In this document: positions 57,053 through 64,000 of the stretch, one piece after another
Layout of the letters: the number at the start of each line of letters is the position of its first letter
Numbering within the stretch: position 1 is the stretch's first letter
Made by a program: the position numbers and the translations under genes
Assembly (NCBI GenBank): GCA_963809855.1
Contig: CAWELF010000001.1
Coordinates: 1,245,980 to 1,309,979, forward strand
DNA: 64,000 nt
From: an uncultured Bacteroidales bacterium
GTDB taxonomy: Bacteria > Bacteroidota > Bacteroidia > Bacteroidales > VadinHA17
Direction of reading: 5' to 3'
The notes under the pieces: generated by a model
What the model saw: only the letters and a program-made list of their open reading frames with translations
Databases searched by the model: none
Told to the model about the DNA's origin: nothing

Positions 57053-59239
57053 TTAATTGCCAAGTTCAAGTTGATTTTTTACCAGGTTATAGTATGCACC
57101 TTTATTTGAGATAAGCGATTCATGATTACCGGATTCGATTATCCTTCCGTTATCAAGCACCACTATCTTATCTGCATCTCTCACAGTGCTCAGGCGGTGA
57201 GCAACAACAATTACAGTCTTCCCGATATAAAATCCTGAAAGGTTTTCAATTATAGCTTTTTCATTATTGGCATCAAGAGAGTTTGTAGCTTCATCGAAAA
57301 TAATTATACTGGGATTTTTATATATCACCCTGGCAATCAGCAGTCGCTGCTTCTGCCCCTGGCTCAAACCATGACCGTTAGCGCCAATTTTAGTGTTATA
57401 CCCCAGAGGAAGAGACTCAATAAAACCCCTGATGTTGGCAATTTCCGCAGCATTGACCAGCTTTTCCTCATTAATTTCTTCAGTTCCCGGTGCAATGTTA
57501 TAAGCTATTGTATTCTGGAAAAGAAAACCGTCCTGCATAACCGCTCCTACTTTTTCGCGCCAGATTTTAAGGCTCAGATTGTTTAAGCGTGTGTCACCGA
57601 TAAGTATTTCTCCGCTTACAGGTTCATAAAAGCCAAGAAGCATCTTGAGCAGTGTCGTTTTTCCGCTTCCACTGGTACCAACTATCGCGGTGATTTTATT
57701 TTCTTCAATAAACAGGTCCACATCCTTCAGGGCAAATGGCGATCGTGGTCCTTCGTACTGAAACGACAGGTTGTTTATATAAATGTCTTTATTGTCAGGG
57801 AGTTTGCGCACCTTCATCTCCTGGTTAGGTTCTTCCTCCTCCATTTCATGAATTTCAGCGAGTCTGTCGAGGCTCATTTTTGCGTCCTGTGACATTCTGA
57901 AGAATCCAATAATCTGATTTACAGGCACATTAAGCTGACCAATAATAAACTGGACGGCCAGCATCATACCAAGTGTCATATTACCATTGAGAACTGCGGT
58001 AGCTGCAGTGATGGTAATGAGGATGTTAGTTACTTCATTAATAAATGTTGCACCTGCTGATTGATACTGTATTATACCAAGTCCCTTTACCTTTAATCCA
58101 AACAAAGTTGCCTGCAGCTTTTCCCAATCCCATCTGGTACTAAGTTCACTTTGAGTTAACTTTATCTCCTGCATACCATTTACAATGTTTATCAACTTAT
58201 TATTTGATGCAGACATCTGTTTAAAACGTTGATGATCGAGCCTTGCCCTTGACTTCATAAACAAAGAAACCCAAATGATATACAGAACGGAACCAGCTAT
58301 GAATAATGCCAGAATTTTCAGGCTGAAAATTGCCAGGACAATTCCAAAAACAACCATATTGAAGAAGGAAAACAGAATGCTCAGACTTGTTGAAGTAAGA
58401 AATTCTTCAATTCTGTTGTTGTCGTCGATTCGCTGAAGTATATCGCCAGTAAGTTTCGTATCAAAAAAAGCAACCGGAAGCGACATTAGTTTCTGCAGAA
58501 ACCCGGATATTACGGCAACATTTACCCTCGATCCGATATGCAAAAGAAGCCATCCTCTGATAAATTCAACCGACATTCTTCCTATCACAAGCGCCAGCTG
58601 TGCGAAGAGGATGAGATAAATAAATCCTATATCATTATTATTCAAGCCAATATCAATAATGGCCTGAGTAAGAAAAGGGATTACAAGCTGAATACAGCTT
58701 CCCAAAAGCAAACCGAGAATTAGTTGAAACAGGTATTTTCTGTACAGTCGAAAATACTTATATAAAAAATTGAAGCCTTTAGACTTCACGTGCTCTGCCT
58801 CGTTTTCAAATAAAGCAGGTGTCGGTTCAATTATAAGAACAAGTCCTGCTGGTTTACCATCTGTTTTTGTTGCAGCCCAATTCCTTACGAACTCATCGGT
58901 ATTGTACTTTATAAGTCCAATAGCCGGGTCTGCAACCCAGATTTTCCCGTTCTTTATTTTATAAACGACAACAAAGTGTTTTTGCCGCCAATGCACAATG
59001 CAGGGAAGTGGTACATTGTCGTTCAGCATGTCAAAAGGAATCTTAACCCCTAAAGTTCTGAAACCTAATGAATCTGCAGCTTCAGACAAGCCAAGGAAGG
59101 AGACACCTTCCCTTGTTATATAACATTTTTTTCTAAGTGATTCAATTGAAAAGCTCATTTTGTAAAACTCTGCAACCATTTTCAGGCAGGCAGGTCCGCA
59201 ATCCATCGCATCGGGTTGATTTACAAAAGGGAAGGACAT
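57053..59239 (-). CDS. Peptidase C39-containing ABC transporter (PCAT, double-glycine peptide exporter)
   Basis: QPDAMDCGPACL (catalytic Cys), HWRQKHFVVV (His), ADPAIG; TMD; GTSGSGKTT, LSQGQKQR, FDEATNSLD. Confidence 0.95.
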   Translation of the reverse strand: MSFPFVNQPDAMDCGPACLKMVAEFYKMSFSIESLRKKCYITREGVSFLGLSEAADSLGFRTLGVKIPFDMLNDNVPLPCIVHWRQKHFVVVYKIKNGKIWVADPAIGLIKYNTDEFVRNWAATKTDGKPAGLVLIIEPTPALFENEAEHVKSKGFNFLYKYFRLYRKYLFQLILGLLLGSCIQLVIPFLTQAIIDIGLNNNDIGFIYLILFAQLALVIGRMSVEFIRGWLLLHIGSRVNVAVISGFLQKLMSLPVAFFDTKLTGDILQRIDDNNRIEEFLTSTSLSILFSFFNMVVFGIVLAIFSLKILALFIAGSVLYIIWVSLFMKSRARLDHQRFKQMSASNNKLINIVNGMQEIKLTQSELSTRWDWEKLQATLFGLKVKGLGIIQYQSAGATFINEVTNILITITAATAVLNGNMTLGMMLAVQFIIGQLNVPVNQIIGFFRMSQDAKMSLDRLAEIHEMEEEEPNQEMKVRKLPDNKDIYINNLSFQYEGPRSPFALKDVDLFIEENKITAIVGTSGSGKTTLLKMLLGFYEPVSGEILIGDTRLNNLSLKIWREKVGAVMQDGFLFQNTIAYNIAPGTEEINEEKLVNAAEIANIRGFIESLPLGYNTKIGANGHGLSQGQKQRLLIARVIYKNPSIIIFDEATNSLDANNEKAIIENLSGFYIGKTVIVVAHRLSTVRDADKIVVLDNGRIIESGNHESLISNKGAYYNLVKNQLELGN

Positions 59240-59365
59240 TTGTAGAAGCAGAAAATTGATTTATAACTAAAGTAAAGATATTTATATTTTGATTAGGATT
59301 ATAGTCTTATTAGGATAAAAACTGAACCATCTGGTCATTAACCTGATTTTAGGTTTTGGAAATAT

Positions 59366-59373
59366 TATATTTG
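59366..59373 (+). promoter_or_regulatory. -7 box for ECF sigma gene
   Basis: TATATTTG 21 nt upstream of ATG. Confidence 0.55.
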
Positions 59374-59394
59374 TCAACTGATACTTAACAATTA

Positions 59395-59967
59395 ATGGGT
59401 TTCTTTAAAAATGTATCTGATAAAAGCATAATAGATGGCGTACGCAATCAGGACGACAAAATTCTGAATTGGCTGTATGACAATTATTTACCCCAGGTCA
59501 GAAGTTATGTATTCAATAATAGCGGAACTGCTGAGGATGTTTCGGATGTATTTCAGGATGCAATTATTGCACTTTATACACAGATAACTGAAGATGACCT
59601 GAATCTTAGAGGAGATCTGAAAGGATATTTTTATGGCGTTGCAAAAAACATCTGGAACGTTAAGTTAAGGAAGGAAAGAAGAACCACTGAACTGGAATTT
59701 GACCCTGTCGATGCAGAAGACTCTGACCAAATGAATTATCTTGTACTTGAGGGCGCCATTAACAGAGCATTTTTGAAACTCCAACCTGATGAGCAGATGG
59801 TATTAAAAATGTTTTCAGAGGGCAAATCATACGAAGAAATTGCTCTAAAAATGGATTATAAAAATGAGACCTATGCAAGAAGAAAAAAATACTTGTGTAA
59901 AGAAATACTGCTCGATATCCTTAAGGAAGATCCTGAATATCAGGATCATTTTCGTTTAATGAACTGA
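59395..59967 (+). CDS. ECF-type RNA polymerase sigma-70 factor
   Basis: Region 2 (LYDNY..V..GTAEDVSDVFQDAIIALY, YFYGVAKNIW) and region 4 (EGKSYEEIALKMDY..YARRKKYLC). Confidence 0.9.
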   Translation: MGFFKNVSDKSIIDGVRNQDDKILNWLYDNYLPQVRSYVFNNSGTAEDVSDVFQDAIIALYTQITEDDLNLRGDLKGYFYGVAKNIWNVKLRKERRTTELEFDPVDAEDSDQMNYLVLEGAINRAFLKLQPDEQMVLKMFSEGKSYEEIALKMDYKNETYARRKKYLCKEILLDILKEDPEYQDHFRLMN

Positions 59968-62900
59968 ATTGTCAGAAAGCTGACAAGAATAACAATTAGC
60001 AGTGAGCCCCCGGCTATTAAATATTTTGAAAAATACAGAGGTTCATTATTGCCATAGATTACAAGCGTTGACCAGTAATAGGGATGAGATCTTAGCTGAT
60101 CAATATTTTTCAAATATGTGATTCTTGCTTTTCTAAGCGCTCCACTCTTCGATTTACCCCATTTCAGATTCTGATAAAATAATTTAACGATATCAGTTCC
60201 TGATTTGTCTTCAATCTCCCACATCGACATTACGACTGACTGACTGCCAGAGTATATAAATCCCCTGGCAAGACTAAGAATTCCCTCACCTGAGTCCATC
60301 AGGCCTGTTCCTGTATTGCAGGAACTCAATACAACCATTTTTGCTTTCAGAGGAATTCCGTAAACCTCGTAGGTCTTCAGATAACCATCATTTAATGTAT
60401 CATTTTTATGGCTGAAAATCAATGTGGAACGCATTGGATCCTTAATGTTGATCAATGTATGCATTGCCAGATGAATGATATCAAACTTACCGGATTCTGC
60501 TTTGTAATTTGATTCACTTGCCTCGTCATTTTCGTAGAGTTTTCCTCTTGTAATCTCCGAAACATATTCAGCCTCCTGCCTTGCAAAAGGAAGGTCCTGA
60601 AGCAAACCGCCATCAGCTTGCCTGCTCAACAATACTTTCTGGATATCAATAGGTTCAGGGTAATTCGGAGCAAATGCAATAAGCTTTTTACCAAAATTAA
60701 AAGTCTTCCTCTCAGATTCTGCCATAAACGTGGCGGAATATGTATAGGATATATCATAATCTTTCATCAGATAATTAATATCACGATAAAAAATATTGCT
60801 GTCAGAGCTGATGGAAGTCGGGATTGTTTCAAATGGAATATACGCCAGAAGGTTATCAGGAGAAATTATCAGCTTGTCGGAAATCAGATATGGTAACATT
60901 GGAGCTATGAGAGTATTATACAATTTAAACCCGATTGTCTGGAAATTCCCAAATGCCGCCCGGGCATCTATGTCTGGTGAAGGAATTGAAAGCAGTTTCC
61001 GGAATTGATTAATTTCAGAATAGAATGATGTATCTATTTTTATCGAAATAAGTTTCTGATATTTCCTGTTCGCAATGAAAACATACAACAAGGTATCAGA
61101 TGAAACATAATTAATATAATTTCCAGTTCGTCCGATAATTGATTGAATATCACTAAGTTTAGCAACCTGGGTGTTAAATTTATTTGAGTAGTAATCAGGA
61201 TATTTTTTCTCGAATATTACAATTAATGAATCTCTGCTTTTCACTGCACCAATCAGGCTTTCCTTCCAGTCTTCAATAAGAGAAGAATCAGGTTTATCAA
61301 CTGCCTGCTCTTCAGTGATTCTCGCATTTAGCATATTAATCTCCCTCTGGAGTTGTTGCTCCATATCTGAAATGTTGGCAGGAATATGAAATTTTGAAGC
61401 CTTTAATTCGCGTGAGGAAGAAAGTAAACTTGCTGCTTTGCTCTTTTCTGAATAGGTAAAAGCCTTTTCCAGATAAACTTTGTCTGACGTTTTGTTATAA
61501 AGGAGATTAAAATCGCCGATCGCACTCAGGTAAGAATTTCTGTAGTTCTCCCCCAAAATTAATCTTGAATCCTCCTCTGTCAGATTAATACGTACCCTTT
61601 CGACAAGTGTAACAATAAATTCTGAAGTACTTGATGCCGCCATAAGGAACTTATCATCAGATGTTTGCAAATACAATTCCCATAAGATCCTATATTTAGC
61701 CTTAAAAACACTGAGAGTCCTCCTGTCGATTTTAACTGAATCTATTGAAGGGTTATCAAATGTTTTTGAGAGCTGATTATTTTTATTCTTATTGAAAAGC
61801 ATGGATTGAATTATTTCAAGCGCTTTCATGGAATTGCCTGCTTTGGCAAGCGAAAGGGAATAGCCAATATAAACAGATGTTTTAAATAATGGGTCCTGAT
61901 TGTTTTTATCAAGATAAGTAATGCATTCTTCAAAGCATTCAATCGACTTTTGATAATCGAGCATATATTCTCGCAGATAGTCGGCATAATTGTTAAGCAC
62001 CCAGTAATAAATATGCAATCCCTCTCCTTCAGTAGATGAAGCTTTTTTAAGTGCATTTAGCAGAAGTGATTCTCCTTTTATTTTATTTCCTGAGTTGCCC
62101 AGGAAAATGGAGTAACTGTTTATCATGTTATATGCGAGGGATGAATTGGTAGAAAGGGCTTTTGCAATTCCTTTCTCATAATATTTGATAGCAGTCTCAG
62201 GCAATCCCAGGTTTGAATAGGTAACTGCCATGCTATTCATTAAGTTTATATAGTCATTATTAAGATCGAGACGGTTAGTATTGTATATTGATTCAGATTT
62301 ATCAAGATAAATTCTGGCTTTCGAAAAATCTGCCAGCCTTACATAACTAACACCCAGGTTATTATATAGATTAAAAGCATTTTCGGGAGTAGCTACCTCG
62401 GAATAATTGCTTAGTATTGACAGGGCAGTATTAGAATAAGCTATTGCCTTTTCATAATCCTGCAGTTCAATGTAAGCAGCAATAAGTGAGGAATAGATAT
62501 TTATCAGGAAAGGATCAGATTCTCCGGATAAACTCTTCGTAACCTCAAGGGATTTTAGGGTATATTCCTCAAGTTTTCTAAGATCTCCTGTTTCCAAATA
62601 TGCAAGACCCAGGTTGTAGAGGGTTTTAGCGTACCTGCCGTCTTTATCTTTATTCTCATCTCTGATATCAAGAGATAATTTTAAATAATATATCGCTTTA
62701 TCAGGATTTCTTATCAGTTTGTAGTATACTCCAATATAATAATAGGAATCGGCTAATATTTTTCTGTCAGGATTTGTCCTGGATATTTTCTGAACAATTT
62801 TATCTACAATGAATTTGCCCTTTCTAAAATCATTCTTTGAAAGTAAATTAAGAAGTGACAGGTTTAACTGATTGATTTCTTCGGAGTATTTACTTCCGAA

Positions 62901-63044
62901 ATTTTCAGAAGTCTGAACTGATTCACTATTTGACTTTTCGCCTGAATATAAGAAAGAGTTACCTGACCGGGAAGATATATTAATCCACCCGCTGAGTAAT
63001 AAAAGTCCGAAAACCTTAAATGAAATCCCCCCTGATCTTATCAT
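59946..63044 (-). CDS. TPR-CHAT (caspase-like) protein with N-terminal signal and C-terminal TM anchor
   Basis: TPRs (YYYIGVYY, LYNLGLAY, YNNLGVSY), IISPDNLLAYIPFE, IIHLAMH, VVLSSCNTG, SLARGFIYSG, SMWEIED, HPYYWS, C-terminal hydrophobic helix + KRK. Confidence 0.92.
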   Translation of the reverse strand: MIRSGGISFKVFGLLLLSGWINISSRSGNSFLYSGEKSNSESVQTSENFGSKYSEEINQLNLSLLNLLSKNDFRKGKFIVDKIVQKISRTNPDRKILADSYYYIGVYYKLIRNPDKAIYYLKLSLDIRDENKDKDGRYAKTLYNLGLAYLETGDLRKLEEYTLKSLEVTKSLSGESDPFLINIYSSLIAAYIELQDYEKAIAYSNTALSILSNYSEVATPENAFNLYNNLGVSYVRLADFSKARIYLDKSESIYNTNRLDLNNDYINLMNSMAVTYSNLGLPETAIKYYEKGIAKALSTNSSLAYNMINSYSIFLGNSGNKIKGESLLLNALKKASSTEGEGLHIYYWVLNNYADYLREYMLDYQKSIECFEECITYLDKNNQDPLFKTSVYIGYSLSLAKAGNSMKALEIIQSMLFNKNKNNQLSKTFDNPSIDSVKIDRRTLSVFKAKYRILWELYLQTSDDKFLMAASSTSEFIVTLVERVRINLTEEDSRLILGENYRNSYLSAIGDFNLLYNKTSDKVYLEKAFTYSEKSKAASLLSSSRELKASKFHIPANISDMEQQLQREINMLNARITEEQAVDKPDSSLIEDWKESLIGAVKSRDSLIVIFEKKYPDYYSNKFNTQVAKLSDIQSIIGRTGNYINYVSSDTLLYVFIANRKYQKLISIKIDTSFYSEINQFRKLLSIPSPDIDARAAFGNFQTIGFKLYNTLIAPMLPYLISDKLIISPDNLLAYIPFETIPTSISSDSNIFYRDINYLMKDYDISYTYSATFMAESERKTFNFGKKLIAFAPNYPEPIDIQKVLLSRQADGGLLQDLPFARQEAEYVSEITRGKLYENDEASESNYKAESGKFDIIHLAMHTLINIKDPMRSTLIFSHKNDTLNDGYLKTYEVYGIPLKAKMVVLSSCNTGTGLMDSGEGILSLARGFIYSGSQSVVMSMWEIEDKSGTDIVKLFYQNLKWGKSKSGALRKARITYLKNIDQLRSHPYYWSTLVIYGNNEPLYFSKYLIAGGSLLIVILVSFLTIQFIKRK

Positions 63045-63195
63045 TTATACCACCAATTTCTGACCCAATAACGTGCTTTATTACAAAGATTAAAAATTTT
63101 GATCCCAAATCTAGTTCATTTTAGTCAAAAAATGGTCTTTGTATATATCTGATTATGTGCGTTTTAGAAAATATTTTAAAAATAGTTCATTTTTT

Positions 63196-63246
63196 CGTGT
63201 CACAAATCGGCATCTACCGACACGTAGCAATATAAAAGGACACGTA
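63196..63246 (+). promoter_or_regulatory. Candidate ECF promoter / repeated GACACG motif upstream of peptide gene
   Basis: cgtgtc at 63196, gacacgta at 63219 and 63239; gtcaca-N18-cgta spacing. Confidence 0.35.
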
Positions 63247-63276
63247 ATTATTTAAAAACCACATAAAATTAAAGCT

Positions 63277-63408
63277 ATGAAAACTCAGACTTTCGAAATG
63301 ACAAAAGACATTTTCAGTACGTTTGCATTGGTTAATGAAGAGATGATAAAAGTTCGTGGCGGAAGTGAACCAGAAGTACACCCAACTCCTCCTCCTGTAG
63401 TAATCTGA
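63277..63408 (+). CDS. 43-aa double-glycine leader peptide precursor (not in ORF track)
   Basis: MKTQTFEMTKDIFSTFALVNEEMIKVRGG-SEPEVHPTPPPVVI; L-x-x-E-E-M-x-x-V-x-GG leader pattern; A-rich translation start; PCAT 4 kb away. Confidence 0.85.
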   Translation: MKTQTFEMTKDIFSTFALVNEEMIKVRGGSEPEVHPTPPPVVI

Positions 63409-63412
63409 TCAA

Positions 63413-63447
63413 AAAATTACTCTTGTTTTATCGAAAACAGGAATTTT
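63413..63447 (+). terminator. Hairpin/terminator after peptide gene
   Basis: aaaatt..cttgtttt-atcg-aaaacagg-aatttt. Confidence 0.55.
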
Positions 63448-63623
63448 AAAGTTTGATTTAATATTTGACTTCAGGCATTATTGACTTAATTTATTGTCGA
63501 TTTATTGATGTAACTTCAGAGCATTATACACTGTTAAGGTATATTGCTGTAATAGAGCAGATTACCATAATACCAGGTAGTTATGTGTTTGAATGGCGAT
63601 TCAAAAATATTATAAAGTAATTT

Positions 63624-64000
63624 ATGAAAACAAATGATTTTTCATATCTCATTGAACGGTACAATGCCGGAGATATGAGTGAAAATGAAAAAATAAGGTT
63701 CGAGAAAGAACTTGAGGGGAATAAAAAACTTCAATATGAAGTAAATCTGAGCAGGAAGACTGACGAGATTCTTAAAAATCAGTCTGTTGTTTCCCTAAGA
63801 AGAAAACTACAGGAAATTGAGAGCAGAAGGACAGTAAATGTTCCTGTCAGAACCAGAAAGCTACCTGTATATATCAGATATGCAGCTATTGCTGCTATAT
63901 TGATAGCTGTGGGGAGCATTACTCTCTTTACCGGGAGAAACATGACCGGTGATGAAATTATCGATCGATATTATAAAGCTTATGAACCACCAACAGTTTC
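63624..64000 (+). CDS. Anti-sigma-like membrane protein, truncated by window end (not in ORF track)
   Basis: MKTNDFSYLIERYNAGDMSENEKIRFEKELEGNKKLQYEV... helical N-terminus, basic stretch, TM RYAAIAAILIAVGSITLF, then exported part; frame open to the end of the window. Confidence 0.75.
   Translation, partial: MKTNDFSYLIERYNAGDMSENEKIRFEKELEGNKKLQYEVNLSRKTDEILKNQSVVSLRRKLQEIESRRTVNVPVRTRKLPVYIRYAAIAAILIAVGSITLFTGRNMTGDEIIDRYYKAYEPPTV

Noticed and set aside
59946-63044. TPR-CHAT as Csx29 of a type III-E CRISPR system
   Set aside because: No cas genes or repeat-spacer array in the window; the protein has a signal peptide and TM anchor, unlike cytoplasmic Csx29

Overview
AT-rich chromosomal window from a Bacteroidota (Bacteroidales-like) bacterium. 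The assignment rests on the bat operon, a DUF4105/Lnb-like gene, DUF349 and many TAnnTTTG -7 promoter boxes. It is mostly housekeeping and accessory genes: a TetR-EmrAB-TolC efflux operon, arfB, MATE/MFS transporters, a KamA-like radical SAM + two Ddl-like ATP-grasp ligases + DMT operon, ung, a Mo-oxidoreductase/FeS-DmsC/PLP-lyase operon, the moxR-DUF58-batABCDE operon, tRNA-Arg(TCT), two tandem fused LeuCD/homoaconitase-like genes with an AraC regulator, a cobalamin riboswitch with btuBFCD, yidC, pyrG and DUF349. The top candidate for a new system is at the right end (55.7-64 kb). It comprises a C39-peptidase ABC exporter + HlyD, an ECF sigma factor, a signal-peptide/TPR/CHAT (caspase-like) protease with a C-terminal membrane anchor, and a membrane anti-sigma-like gene. 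It also includes a 43-aa double-glycine precursor missing from the ORF track (leader ...NEEMIKVRGG, core SEPEVHPTPPPVVI). Together these suggest peptide-pheromone-triggered protease/anti-sigma/sigma signalling (inference). Other candidates: a beta-lysine/ATP-grasp biosynthetic operon, a possibly divided-labour aconitase pair, a promoter-driven ~200-nt structured RNA, a TPR insertion in YidC, and several REP/MITE-like palindromes. No CRISPR array, rRNA, transposase or integrase was seen. All family calls come from motif reading, not database searches.
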